Numbered from the whole stretch's first letter, positions 12,404-25,017 are shown. The stretch: 63,996 nt of DNA, filler included, from Rhizaria sp. SCN 62-66 (GCA_001724265.1; 3 parts of 3 records of this genome joined end to end with filler, not necessarily neighbours in it), one strand, 5' to 3'. Notes: generated from the letters alone by a model not told the origin. Made by a program: numbers and translations.

Positions 12404-15400
12404 TTAGCCTAGCGCGCCGTTGGTCCAAATCGTCGCAGGCGGCCTGCTCTCAGAGTATTTCTGCGGATGGACATCATATGGCAGCGGCGCAAGCACAGCG
12501 CAGCGCAACACCGCCCTTGGGCCAGCACTGCCAGGTGTGCCGTCACTAGCAACGAGCTTCTGCCTCTGCGCTTCAGTCGCATCGTCCTCGAATGACGGCG
12601 GCAACAACAAGTTCGACTCGCTAGTGCGCGTGTTGTTGCTCCAATGCGATGTGCTGTTCTTGTCGGCAAACCGCCACCACGCCAGCTCCGCCACTAGTCC
12701 GGTGACGTCTTCAGCGGGATGCGCCGGAACAGTCCTCATCATTCCGCCAAAAGTGCCCGCACCGCTGCTGTGGCTGCCCATACCACTCGCGAGCCAGGCC
12801 TGGTTCTTGCGAAGCCGCTCGTCAATATACTGCTGGTGACACATAAGCGGTTGCAGCACCATCGCATCAACTACAGGCCGCTCGGTGCGCGAGCCCGCCG
12901 GCAGCGGCACACAGCCCCACTTGTTCCTGTCGGCGATGGTACTGCCTGCGACGTTGAGGTTTAGGCCCATCGCCGACCCCAGCGCCGCCGCGACCTGCGC
13001 CTCACTCCGCTGGCGGACCGAAAAGCTCGCTAGCACGGGCGGCAGCCGGCCGTCAGCCAGCAGCGCGCGCGCGCGGCTCTCGAACGCGGGCGCGGCAACG
13101 ACGCCCAGCTCGAAGTGGTTGATCGCCTGGCGGGTGTACGCTGGGTGGCCGTGGACGGGGGCCGCGGCGCCAGAGGAGGCCCAACGCTGCATTTGGGTGT
13201 GTTCGCAGACAGCGCGATTGCTCGAGTTAGTGTCACTGCCAGGGATCTCACTGAACGGGTATTGTTTGTCATCGTTGTTGCCAGACGCTTTGTACATGGC
13301 AGGGTCGTACGACACCAAGCCCCACGCGGACTGCGTCAAGTTAGCGCTAGTCAGGACGACATACGCAAGCGGCACACCCAGCCCTTGCCACCAAGCACGA
13401 GGTGGTGATTGCTGCTGATGCTGCAGTCCATGCTGTTGACCCGACTGCGACAGCGGCTCGAGCGTCTGCGTGTACGTCTTGATGTGGGGCATCGCCCTGT
13501 GGCGCCCCGTGCTCGCGCCCTGCCACCGCGCGGCCATCTTGACCAGCGCGGGCGTGGCCCCGGAGCGATCCAGCAGCAGCCACGGCCCCGCGGCGCGGCC
13601 CTCGACACTGGCGGTCACGTCTTCCACGCTCGGCCACACGATCTGCACACGGTCCAGCTGCGACGGGACAGATTTCCACTGCAACGCAGCAACTGCGACG
13701 GGCTTGTGGTCGAGCTGCGCCGCACCGGAGTGCAAACCTTGTGCCGCACTGTCCGCGCAAGGCAGCGTGGCCGTGCCGTGAGCGAGCGACTCGGCGACGG
13801 AGCTCAGGAAGTGCTCTTTGACGCCGTACCCGAGCGAGCTCACCTGGCACGTCAGCGCGCTGCCGAGCTTCAGCCCGTTCCTGGCGGCCCACGCGCCGAC
13901 GCCCGCGTTAGCGACCGACAGCACGCGCCGCAGCCGCAGCAGTCCGTAGTGGTACAGCTCCGCAGCGCGGGTGCGGCCGTCTTTGGCGCCGCCAAACGCG
14001 CCGGGTGAGGAGCCGACAAGTGCGACGCGGGCGCCACGGAAGTCGCACTGCTGCAACAGCGGGATCAGGGCCAACAAGCGGCCCGGAGCAGGGCTGGAGG
14101 CGGTGGGGGGCGCGGGGACGCCGTTGAAGCCGGCGCCGTAGCCGGTGCGCGGTGCGCTGCCAGTGGCAGTGCTAACGTTGGCGGTAGAGTTGAGGAACTT
14201 TGACGATTGGCCTGGACACAGAGTCACTAGTGTCATAATGAAGCGGATTAGGTCAATGCCAAAGTTCGACAGGATTGAGTCGATCGCTGATTCACGTGGG
14301 GTGTCGAGAAGTTTCGCCGCATTCACTGCAGCTGCGCGCTCTTCCGGACTCGGCGGCTTCACTTCCGCTATGGGAGCACGATGAGCAGTTTCAGTGGAGT
14401 CTGCTTTAATGTCACTTCCAGCGGTGTCATTCGTGTTGATACTAGCGTTGAGAGAGTTGATGATACCCGTATTCCTCTGTGTTGCAGCTGTTGGTGACGC
14501 TGCAGTCGCTGCCGCTGTCGCAGTTGCAATTGCAGCCGCTGCACTGGCGGGGTTAAGGCGTGACTGCATCGCTTTGAGTCGCGCCATGCGCATCTCGTCC
14601 GCACTCGACACAGGCTCACCGCTGACAACGCCGCTCGACGCGCCGCTGCTGCTGCCGCTGCCACTGCCATTGATGCTGTTGGCCGTGTTGCTCGCGTCAC
14701 TGGGGGAGCGCGGTAGCAGCGAGCTGCCCGAACGCCCTGGAGCACCGCCCAGAACATTGCCACTGGCAGCAGTCATGCTGCCACTACTAGTGATCGAGGC
14801 ATTGGTGTTGATGGTCAGGGGTGGCTTCGTGTTGTCGTACCCACCAACACCAGAGACAGCTTTGACAGTGGAGATATACGGGAAATCCTGCATCCACACG
14901 CCCTGGTTCTTCATGATGAGCTCGTTGGGCACAAGGTTCGCCGTCATCACGACAACCCGGACGCCCATCCTATACCACAGCACGATCATCTTGCTGTGCT
15001 GCACGCCGTATGAGCTCGGCATCACCGGGTGGTGCATCGCCGCCTTGGGCCCGAAGAGCGTTTTGACCAGGGCTGCCTCTTGCAGCAGCTCGCGCGGGTC
15101 GGCCCCGCCGCCGCTGTGCGCGATGATGTCGATCGGCACGCCGTGGTGCGGCAGCAAGGTCTGCGTCAGCGCGGCGGCGATCGCGGCGGCGGCGTCCTCG
15201 CTTGCGCCGCTGGCGACCGCGAGGGACGCGACGCTGCGCGCGTGCGATGTGGCGACATGGGAGCCTGCACCAGAGCCCGAACTAGAGCCCGAGCCAGTGC
15301 CAGAGCTGGCGCTGGCGCCGTTGCTGGCTTGCGGGGGCTTCATGAATGAGCCCGTGGCCAGATCCGGCGCGGCGGCCGCGTTGCTCTCGAGCCGCGCCTC

Positions 15401-16048
15401 GACGCCCGAGAAGAGGAGCTGTGGTGCCAGAGCCGCCAGGGCGAACATGTCGATGCAGGCGGTGGTGAGCAGAGCACGCGAGAAGCCGGGCTCGATCACG
15501 CGGAAAAAAGACAGCGCGTAGCGGTTCGGCGATGGCTGGCCAGAGCCCTGACCCTGGCCGACTGCGCGCTGAGGAGACTGCGACTGCTGCTCGAGAGCGG
15601 GCACGGAGAGGAGAGTGAAGGCGACCGAGACGTCGCAATTCAGGGAGGCTGATGCAGATGGGGACCGAGGTTGCGTGCGCTGCTGCGACGGATGCCCGCG
15701 GTTACGCTGCTTGCGGGCAAGCTCTTGGTCCGCAGCAGCAGCAATATCCGTAGCAGCGGTGTGGCGAGCAGGAAAGCCTGCTGCTGCCGCGCCACCGATG
15801 ATGGACTCAGAAGCAGGACGTCCGCGCTTGACAACGTGCGCAACTTCAAGGTCGTCGTCGCCATCGCCAGCGTCGCGATGTTGCTGCACTTGTGCCTGTG
15901 CTTGCTGTTGCTGTTGCTGTTGCTGCTGCTGTTGCGCGCGCTGCTGTTGCTGTTGCTGTTGCTGTTGGTGCATCGCTTGCTCTTCGGCTTGGAGGCGGCG
16001 GGCAAAGTCCTCATCAGATTCGCCAGCGCGTGCGGTCCAGTCGCTCAT
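12404..16048 (-). CDS. TDP1: Tyrosyl-DNA phosphodiesterase 1-like protein (PLD fold) with long low-complexity insertions
   Basis: Two HKN motifs: YGVQHSKMIVLWY...VVVMTANL and AMPHIKTY...LTSANLTQSAWG; also QVSSLG, IVWPSVEDV and NHFELGV. Single open frame, probable ATG at 16048, stop TAA. Confidence 0.88.
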   Translation of the reverse strand: MSDWTARAGESDEDFARRLQAEEQAMHQQQQQQQQQRAQQQQQQQQQQQAQAQVQQHRDAGDGDDDLEVAHVVKRGRPASESIIGGAAAAGFPARHTAATDIAAAADQELARKQRNRGHPSQQRTQPRSPSASASLNCDVSVAFTLLSVPALEQQSQSPQRAVGQGQGSGQPSPNRYALSFFRVIEPGFSRALLTTACIDMFALAALAPQLLFSGVEARLESNAAAAPDLATGSFMKPPQASNGASASSGTGSGSSSGSGAGSHVATSHARSVASLAVASGASEDAAAAIAAALTQTLLPHHGVPIDIIAHSGGGADPRELLQEAALVKTLFGPKAAMHHPVMPSSYGVQHSKMIVLWYRMGVRVVVMTANLVPNELIMKNQGVWMQDFPYISTVKAVSGVGGYDNTKPPLTINTNASITSSGSMTAASGNVLGGAPGRSGSSLLPRSPSDASNTANSINGSGSGSSSGASSGVVSGEPVSSADEMRMARLKAMQSRLNPASAAAAIATATAAATAASPTAATQRNTGIINSLNASINTNDTAGSDIKADSTETAHRAPIAEVKPPSPEERAAAVNAAKLLDTPRESAIDSILSNFGIDLIRFIMTLVTLCPGQSSKFLNSTANVSTATGSAPRTGYGAGFNGVPAPPTASSPAPGRLLALIPLLQQCDFRGARVALVGSSPGAFGGAKDGRTRAAELYHYGLLRLRRVLSVANAGVGAWAARNGLKLGSALTCQVSSLGYGVKEHFLSSVAESLAHGTATLPCADSAAQGLHSGAAQLDHKPVAVAALQWKSVPSQLDRVQIVWPSVEDVTASVEGRAAGPWLLLDRSGATPALVKMAARWQGASTGRHRAMPHIKTYTQTLEPLSQSGQQHGLQHQQQSPPRAWWQGLGVPLAYVVLTSANLTQSAWGLVSYDPAMYKASGNNDDKQYPFSEIPGSDTNSSNRAVCEHTQMQRWASSGAAAPVHGHPAYTRQAINHFELGVVAAPAFESRARALLADGRLPPVLASFSVRQRSEAQVAAALGSAMGLNLNVAGSTIADRNKWGCVPLPAGSRTERPVVDAMVLQPLMCHQQYIDERLRKNQAWLASGMGSHSSGAGTFGGMMRTVPAHPAEDVTGLVAELAWWRFADKNSTSHWSNNTRTSESNLLLPPSFEDDATEAQRQKLVASDGTPGSAGPRAVLRCAVLAPLPYDVHPQKYSESRPPATIWTNGALG

Positions 16049-16826
16049 ATTGCCGATCACGTCGACGAGAGCGTTCAGATCCGTACGGATGCAGTGGACC
16101 AGTGACAAACGCGAGCACTGTGGGCAAGACAACTGAGGAGATATGGATAGAAAAAGAAGCGTGATTTGTAAGACAAAGACGCGAGATTCTAAGATAAAAT
16201 TTGACGGAAAGTGTCAAATTTTGATATCAAATAGAAAAAATTACGTAAACTGTCAGATAACGGATCTTACACTTCAGTAGACATTAGTGATAATGAGATT
16301 CAAGATGCGCCTTGAGGGCGCCACAATGTGTCATCAAGTTCGTCGCATCGCAGTAGTCCCAAGTTACACCCGCTGTTTTGTATATGTTTTGTATTGTTTC
16401 GACCCTTATCGGAAAAACGTCCCTAACAAGGGTAAAGTAATTGTGATCCAAAATAAAAATAAAATGTCTTACATCATCAGTCTGTTGGTTCCCCCCTAAA
16501 GGTCACGCAGTGCAATGCACCTTGTTGTGACTCTTTTCTTCAAACCAATGTCATCTTCATCATTATTGTCATTGTCATAAAAGAATTAACATCACCATCT
16601 TCATTCACCCCCTGCCACTAGATTCACCATCGTTCACCATCTTTACAATTGCACTATGGTTCAATGACACACGCAACACAAACGACTAAAGCAGACACAG
16701 AATGCTAAGTCTTACTTTACAGTCAGTCATGTCGTACCACACATACGCCACTTGCGCCCCTCAGCCTTAACATCACCGCACCAGCCGACACAGACACGCA
16801 TTTGAACGCGCTTACGAGGAGCACAC

Positions 16827-19800
16827 TTACGCGGTCTTGCCACCCTCAGCCTTGAAGTCACGGGAAATGTTCTTGAAGTTGCGGTGGAACTGAGCGAAGA
16901 TGTACTTGACGCAGCGCGCCGTGCGGGCATGCATGGCGCGCGTGTTCTCGGGCAGCAGCTTGATCTTGCTCTGCGACGCGCGGCCCTTGCTGGCCTCAGC
17001 GTACATCGCCGCCTCCTGGCCCTCCTCGTCGTCGTCGTCATCCGACTCATCGCCGTCACCCGAGGAGAGCTTGAACAGCGCCTTCTTGAGCGCCTGCAGC
17101 ACCTGGTACATCTTGAACAGCGCCTCCCAGCAGGCCGTCTTGTTGATGCCGTGGGTCTTGATGATGTCATAGTAGTCGCCGTGCACGTAGAAGTCGAGCG
17201 CGTAGGCCGACAGCACAGCGCCCTCCATCGACGTCTCGGTGTTGATCGGCAGCTGCACGTTCTCGAGGCTGGCGTCGCTGCGCACGGCGGCGACCAGGTC
17301 GGCCAGCGTCGTGAAGCTGTCGTCACTGCCGCCGAGCGCCGCGAACGGCGAGCGCACGACAGTGGTCAGCGCAGTCTTGCTGACGTCAGCGAGCAGCGCA
17401 GACACGGCGGAGTCGGCGGCTGACACCGCCGCCGTCTCGGCCACGTCGGCGGTCGTCGCGGCGGAGGGCTGCGTCTGCGAGAGCGGGAGCTTGTACGACA
17501 TGCGCGTCGTCGCCTCGGCGGCCTCGCGCGCGGCGTCGGCCGTGGTGGAGCTGGATGCGGCACGGATCACCTGCGCGTTGGCCGCGGTCGAGTTGGACAC
17601 TGCGGCGCAGTAGCGCGAGAAGACGCGCACGACCAGTGCCTCGTGCTCGGCGCACGCCGCGGCGACGTCGGGCGAGATAGTGTCGAGCGCGGGGAGAATG
17701 ACCGCGGCCGGGGACGTGGCGGAGAACTCGCTGCGCATGGACCCGTTGCGCAGCAGCATGGGGTGGAAGATGTGGCACAGCAGCGTCATGAGCTTGGTCG
17801 CTGAGCCCGACTTGTCGCGCGCAGTCTCGTCAAGCTCGAACGACTCGCAGAGCCGGTCGATCACGCCGTTGCGCAGCAGGTAGGCCAGAGTGAAAGCGCC
17901 GTCGCCGCCGCCAGCAGTGGTGACCATGGACATGAGGTACGCGATGCCGGAGGGCGAGTTGTTGGGGAACAGACGCATCTGCTGGAAATAGGCCAGGCAA
18001 TAGCGGAAGTGGTGCACCAGCGTCAGGCGCGTGTGCTCGGGGTACTGCTGCGTGTAGGCATAGAAGGAGCGGAAGATGAGGTTGTCTTGCTCGACGAGCG
18101 CGAGGTTCGTCGACTGCTTGTTGGCGTTGTTGTCACGCATGAAGTAGTGCTTGATGAGCACGCGCAGCACGGCCGTGCACGAGAGGTGGAAGTGGCCGCG
18201 CAGCTCAGACAGCGACGACGTCATGAGGCGGCATGCCGCGCGCGGGTCGACGCCGAAGAAGACGACCTGGCCCTTGTCGTCGAAGCCGCGGCGGCCGGCA
18301 CGACCGGACATCTGGCGGTAGTTGAGCGGGTTGAGCTCAACCGAAGAGAAGGCGAACACAGCCGTGCGACAGGGCATGTTGACGCCGAGACCGAGCGTCT
18401 CGGTGGCGATGACGAACTTGAGGTTGCGCTGGCGGAACATGACCTCGACGAGGTCACGGTACACGCGGTCGACGGCGAGCGAGTGGACGCCGAAACCGCG
18501 CATGAGCGCCTTGATCAGCGGGTGCTGGCCGGTGAGCCCGGCGGAGCGGCGGCGCGAAGCGCGGCCCTCCCAGTAGGCCATGTCGTCGCCGCTCATGCGC
18601 TCGGTGTCGTTGATGAACGAGAAGCTGAACAGGGATAATATATCGCAATAAGAAAGCAAGAACATAAGTATCGAGTGAGCAAGAGAGTTCGCATAAGCGT
18701 TGTTTGATGTTTCAAAGACATATATGCACAGAACACATCAAACAGGAAGACGATGCAATGTTCGTAAAAAGCTGACGTACCGGTCGTCGGGCATGATGTG
18801 TCCCCAGGCGTCGGGGTTGAGCTCGCGCGCGCTGGGGCCGGAGATCTCAGCCTCGGCCAGGCCCATGCGCTCCTCGGCCTCCTGCTCCTTGCTGGCCTCG
18901 GCCGAGCCGGCGCCCTTGGCATCGCGGCTCTTCTTGGCGGCCTTGATCTGCTTCGCCAGCTCGCGCTCGCGGTTCTTGGGGTCCAGCCGCGGGTTGTTCT
19001 CGGCCTGCCACTGTGCCAGCTCGTCGGCCGCAAGGTCCGCCTCGAGGCGGACGGCGATGTCGGAGCAGAACGCGCGATCGAGGCAGAAAATGATGGCGGG
19101 GAACCAGTCGCGGTCGCGGAGCTGGCGCACCATGGGCAGCAGCTGCGCCATCCACTTCTCGCGGCGCACGCGCGTCGCCACCGTCAGCGGCTCCAGCACG
19201 GCGCGGATGTCCTTGCCGAGCGTGTCGATGATCTCGAGCAGCTCGGTGTCGAGCACGGCTTCGTGCCAGCGCACCAGCTCCGCCTTGAGCGCGTCCTCAT
19301 ACTCGAGCACGTGCAGCTTCTCCATCTGGAAGCCGAAGTACGCGTCAGGATCCAGCGCCTTGAGGCGCGTGGCCAACGACGCGATGTCCGCCGCCACGGC
19401 CGCGCCCGCGGGCGGGTGAAAGCGCGGGGACTTGGAGGCCACATTGCACATGACGGTGTAGACCTGGGGTGTGAGGGATAAAAAAGACAAGGCGATTTTT
19501 TTGGTGAGAAACATGACATTTCGAGATTAGAATCAACAGCAAGAGTATCACGAGTTGTTGTTATGTTTAGATTGTGTGAGAGAAGTCAGAGAATGTAGGT
19601 AAGATGTGTAAGCACCAAGTGCGGTAGCCAAGCGACAAAGTCGCTGCACCGTATGCCACGGATATGTAATCATCATATAAGTACACACAAAATAAACTAG
19701 TCAACGAGTTTCGATGTTACGATATTACGCACCTGGAGGAGGTCAGCGGAGGAGAACTCGACGTTCTTGAGCAGCGAGACGTCCTTGCGGCGCTCCTCAG

Positions 19801-22178
19801 ACTCGAAGGCGACGGTACCGCAGGGGTGGAGCGGGACGAAGCTGCCCACGTCCTGGCCGGTGTAGCCCTGCTCCTTGAGCGCGGTGAGGTCCAGCGAGGC
19901 GCCCGTCTCCTTGATCATCGAGTCGAGGAACGACACCGGAGGCACGTAGAAGTAGTGGTGCAGGTGGCCCCAGCGAATGCTGGTGACGACCTTGTGCACG
20001 GCGGGGCTGGGCGGGGCGAAGTTGGTCAGCGTCAGGCCGCCGACGGTGACGCCGTTCTTGGAGATGTAGGCGGCGCGCATGTATTGCAGCCAGTGGTGGA
20101 AGCGGTCCGCGCCGCCGACCGTGGCCGAGAGCGCAAGAAAGGGCGCCTGCGAGATGAGGAGGAAGATGCGCTCCCACGTGGGGCCGGCCTGCGTGGTGCC
20201 GATTGAGTGCACCTCGTCGAAGACGACGTACTTGATGCGGGACACCCAGGGCGCGCGCGCGGGCGACATGAGGAGGTTCTCCATGCACTGCGGCAGCGTG
20301 ACAAGCACGTCGAAGTTCATCGACGACGGGAGCTGAATGTTGGGGTCGTGTACGGCCACCGACGCCGACGAGCGCATCATGATGTCTGACTCGATCTGGC
20401 GCGCCAGCGCGAAGGTCGGCGCAAGGAACACGACGACGCCGCGCTGGGCCGCCGCCTTGAGCGTGCGGTTCATGCGCGCCACCTGCTCGACCGTGTAGAA
20501 GGACACGAGCGTCTTGCCGGCCGACGTAGGCGCGACGACGAGTGCCGACTCGTTGCGGTCGACGATGTCGAGCAGCTTGCGCTGCCAGCGATCCGGGTAG
20601 AAGCCCGACACGCGGGGGTCCTTCGCGGACTTGACGTTGCGGATCAGCGTGTGGCCGCAGTGCTGCAGCTGGAACCGGGCGCGGGAGAGCCCGACGTGGT
20701 AGCGGCGCTCGGCGGTCGACTGCGCGCGGCCGGAGTCGAAGCGCGACATGACGGCCAGTGCGTCGGCCGGGTCGGCGTCGGGGCGCTCGGCGAAGTACTT
20801 CTCGGCCAGGTCCGACGCGGAGTCGTTGAAGCCGAGCAGCGAGAAGGCGCGCATCGTCTCGTCAAGCTGGTCGACCGTCATGTGGGGCGTGAAGCGGCGC
20901 GCGATATCGTTAAGCAGCTGCAGCAGCCGCACAGCGACCTCCATCTGCGCGTCACTCGCCGCAGAGAGCGCCGACGCCGACGTGCTCGCCGTCTTGACGC
21001 GGTTCTCCACGCGGTCCTTCCACTGCGCGATGCGCCAGCGCATGAGCTCGAGCAGGCCGTAGAGCGCAGACTTCATATCCGAGTGCGCCAGCAGCTTCTC
21101 GTCGAGCTTCTCCACGCGGTCGTCGGCCGACATGCGCGACGTCAGCAGCGAGTTGATGAAGCGCTCGACTTCGGTCTGCGCCTCCTGCGCGTGCTTCTCC
21201 TGGACCTCGCGCGCCGCCTTGGCCTGCACCGTCTCGGGCGCGGCGGCCTTGACGGCCTTAGCCTTGGCGGCGTTGCGCTTCGCCATAAGCTCCGCCGCGG
21301 CGTTGTTGCTCTTCTTGACCTCCTTGGTGTTGGCCTTGGTCTTGTTGGCGTTGCTGCTGGCGGTCGCGACGGCGGCGGCGGCGGCGGCGGCCTCGGCCGA
21401 GACCATGCCGTTGTCCTCGTCGTCCGACACCTCGTCGTCGGCGCCCTGCTGCGTGGCGACGACGTCGCGCAGAATGATCTTGCTGGGCGTCTTCATCGAC
21501 TTAACGTACTCGTTCTTGGTGGAGTCGGCGCGGATGGCGTTGCGCAGCAGCGTGCGCTTGATGCGGATGTCGATGTACGACTTGAACCACAGCATCGCGC
21601 GGTCATGCGTGAGCTCGCGCGACGCGAAGCGCACGGCGTTGCGCACCTCCTCAGGCGGAGGGATCGAGTACTGCTTGGTGATGTCGGCGTCGTTGCGGCG
21701 GTACTTCTCGACCATCTTGATCATCATGTTCTTGGTGTCGCGGCCCAGAGACACGGGGTTGGATCCGATCACAGTCTCCTTGATGCTCTTCTTGAACGTC
21801 GCGCCGTCGGGCAGCGGCAGATTCGTGTCCCAATACTTGATCGCACCGGAGTCCTGCTTGGTCTCGGCGTTGGCCTCGTCCTCGTCGTCACCGTCGCCCT
21901 CGGCCAGCGCCAGAGGGCCACCGAGCAGCGTCGCGCTGTTGACGAACTCGCCGCCCGCGGAGCCGGCCTTGGCAGCCGCGGCATTGGCGGCCTCGGCTTC
22001 GGCGGCAGCTTTGGCGGCGGCGGCCTCGGCCTCGGCGACGGCGGCCGCGGCGGCGTCGCCGTCGGCCTCAGCCTCCCAGTCGTCCTCGACGGCCTCCTCC
22101 CAGCTGTCGGCCTCGGCCTCGGGCTCAGCCGCCTCGGCAGCCTTCGCGGCAGCGGCCGGGGCAGCGGTGGCAGAGGCA

Positions 22179-22213
<35 letters not shown>

Positions 22214-23871
22214 CTTCTTGCCCTTGGCGCTGGCGTCGCCGATGGCGGTCGCGATGGCGGCCAGCGCAGCGGGCGAGTTGTCCGACGCCGAGTCGAGCAG
22301 CACGCGCATAATCTGGCTGTCAATGGGCGGCAGCGCGGTCCACTGTGCCGCGAGCGTCTGGATCGAGCCTGCGGGGCCCGTCTCGGTCGCCGCCGCGGGC
22401 ACGGGCACCGTGGCGCGCGCAAGCGGGGCGACGGGCGCGGCCAGCTGCTTGCCGCCGAGCGCCTTGAGCGCCTGCGCGGGGTCCGCGGGGGCAGCGGCGG
22501 CGGCGGCCGCGTCGGTGACCTTAAGTGCGGCGAGCGCGGCGGCGTAGAGAGCCTTGAGAGCGGCCGAGTCGACGGCCGAGGCCGCGAGCGAGCCGTCGAG
22601 CGCCATCACCAGCACGCGGTGCCACAGGCGGCCGTCGACGCAGTCCTGCAGCGCGAGCGTCAAGGGCGCGGCCACGGCGACGTCGGCGGCCTCGGCGGCG
22701 GCGAGGGACGCCGCCAGCGGGGCCAGGTGACGGTACAGAGCAGTCGCGGAGGCGCGCAGGGCAGCAGAGGCGGCCGCGGCGGCGGCGTTGTCGGGCACGT
22801 CGATAAGTTCGTCGGGCTGCGCGCGCGCGGACAGGGGCAGGTCCTGTTGGTGTGCGGAGCAAGAGTACGGGGAGGATACAAGGTGAGTGATACGAAAAGA
22901 TTAAAAAACACATTTCAATATTTAAAGCAATTATACGATTATTCAAGTTAAATCAGGATGTACGACCATGCGTATGCAAAGATATCATGATGATAAGGAC
23001 GTACCTGGAGGAGGATGGCGTGGATGAGCAGGAGCACGGCGTGCGCGGCGGCGGCAGGCGTCTTGAGCGCGAGCAGCGCGCCCGCGGCCACGGCGGACGC
23101 GGCGAGGCGCGGCGTGTACAGCTTGGCGGCCGTGAGCGCGGTGGCGGCGGCGTCGTAGGCGGCGGCGGTAGCGGTAGCGGGCGGGAACGCGGCGGCCGCG
23201 GCGGCGGCGCGAGCGGCGGCGTCGGCGGCGGGCGTGCAGGTGAAGGAGAAGAGCTGCTCTGCGTCGTCGGCACGCGTGACCACGAGGCCGCGCAGCATGC
23301 CGTCGGACGCGATGAGCTCGTTGAGGCGCACGCAGCGCACGTCCTTGGTGTAGAGGTCCGTGAGCAGCGACGTGTAGAGCGCGGGCAGCGCGGCAAAATT
23401 CACCTTGGCACCGGCGTCGAGGCCGAAGGTGGAGAGCGTACGGAGACGCGTCTCCTGGGCGGGGGTCAGGCGACCGTCGCCGATGAGCATGAAAAGCGGA
23501 GAGGACTCCTGGACGTAGGCGATGAAGTCCTCGTTGGGGGAGTTAAAGCACGTCACGGTGGTGTGGAGGATGTGGCGCGCGTAGGCCTTGACGAGGTTGC
23601 GCAGGAAGGAAAAGTACGGCGACGGCTGCCACTCGCTGGCGAGGTAGTCAAAGAAGACCAAGTGCGCCGTGCGGTGGCCCTCGGTAATGCGGATGAGGCG
23701 CTGCTCGAAGACAAAGAGGAAGTGGAGAAGCTGACCCGAGTGCGTCAGGTCCAGGTTCTTCTCCACGAGCGTGTGGAGGAGGAACGAGTCGCCTTCGATG
23801 AAGAAGGGCTGCACGGAGCGACCGGAGTCGTCCATGATGTTGGCCGGGGTGTCTACAAACGACGTGGCCAT
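16827..23871 (-). CDS. DDX60: DDX60-like Ski2-family DExD/H RNA helicase
   Basis: Exons 23871-23005, 22843-19733, 19463-18781, 18624-16827. N-terminal FFIEGDSFLL...GQLLHFLFVFE and LPLSARA. Helicase core FYPDRWQRKLLDIVD, APTSAGKT, DEVH, LSAT, ATETLGLGVNMPCRT, QMSGRAGRRGFD. Stop TAA. An upstream exon is possible (CAG directly before the ATG). Confidence 0.85.
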
Positions 23872-24640
23872 CTGAGCAAAATGGTCACAGGAGCAAGGGG
23901 TGAGGTTGTGAAGCAGGAGAGACAAGTGGAGGTGGGAAGGTGAGTGAGTGAGATTCAACGGAGACACCGGGTTCATAAAGTACGACTACGCAAGTCAGGA
24001 ATAGCGTCGCACGGCTACAAACCAGCACGAATAGCACCCAAACCGAGTTATTAACCAATTTGATGGCGCATTAGCGGCGATATGAAGGATTTCGGGTGGC
24101 TGGGAAGGGATATTTGGTGGATCTTGGCAGGCGCGGGAGGCACTGCGCATCGCACGCAGTCGCCAGCTAGAGGATAATACGGGCCCATAACGGGCATTGT
24201 TAAAAACATGATCAATTTACACAAACACGAAGTATTCAGATCTATATCACAAATCCCTGTTGGTCGGTGCTGGAGTCGCGAAACTGTGTATCTGATTGAG
24301 ACGCGAGAGTCTAGCCCCGGTCTATGCAAGCAGCGACTGTGTTGTGGCTGCAGCAAGTTCGGTCGGTCCGCCAGTCTGCTGGCTCCGGTCAAAGTTAAGC
24401 CGCATGTCTTAGAGTTGATATTTGAGGATATAGATGGGAGGGAAATACACACATATTTATATGCCAGTGAAGTTTGTGTATTTGGATATTGTTTTGTGAC
24501 GCCGGCGTGGGCACCGTCAGCTTACTAGCGTCGGGATATCCCTGCCAGTGCCGAAGTCAGGGAGACTAGAGAATGGGAGCTTGACTTGGGGGCGCTCCTC
24601 GCCCGATAGCAGCAACAGCAAGAGCCAGTCTGTCGTTTGC

Positions 24641-24784
24641 TTAGAAGAAGCAGACGGGGCGGTTGGCCTTGTAGGTGGTGCGGAAGGCCTTGGAGGAAGG
24701 ACGGGGCTTGCGCTGGGTGAGGCGGAACTTGAGGTCGGGCTTGATGAACTGCGCGACAGCGGGGCGCTTGAGCTGGTTGGCGCG
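24641..24784 (-). CDS. RPL18A: 60S ribosomal protein L18a (eL20), C-terminal fragment cut by contig end
   Basis: Reads RANQLKRPAVAQFIKPDLKFRLTQRKPRPSSKAFRTTYKANRPVCFF*, matching the eL20 C-terminus pattern (RP..QF...KF...RP.TFF). Strong codon bias, stop TAA. Confidence 0.85.
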   Translation of the reverse strand, partial: RANQLKRPAVAQFIKPDLKFRLTQRKPRPSSKAFRTTYKANRPVCFF

Positions 24785-24785
24785 G

Positions 24786-24885
24786 NNNNNNNNNNNNNNN
24801 NNNNNNNNNNNNNNNNNNNNNNNNNNNNNTTAATTAATTAANNNNNNNNNNNNNNNNNNNNNNNNNNNNNNNNNNNNNNNNNNNN
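24786..24885. other. Artificial contig spacer (N-run with TTAATTAATTAA)
   Basis: 100-nt N block containing an all-frame stop linker. Confidence 0.99.
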
Positions 24886-24984
24886 GGCGGCAGCGGCTGC
24901 AGCCGCCGCGGCTGCCGCAGCGCGGGCTGCGGCAGCGGCGACGTCCTTGCGCGGTCGACCGTGAGGCCGCTTCGGCTCGTCCGC

Positions 24985-25017
24985 ACCCTAATAACCCTAA
25001 TAACCCTAATAACCCTA
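24985..25017 (-). repeat. Telomere-like array (TTATTAGGG)x~3.7
   Basis: + strand reads ACCCTAATA ACCCTAATA ACCCTAATA ACCCTA. Confidence 0.8.

Noticed and set aside
24786-24885. ORFs ending in XXXLIN and apparent gene adjacency across N-runs
   Set aside because: Artificial linker; genes on either side are not demonstrably neighbours. The same applies to 49621-49720.
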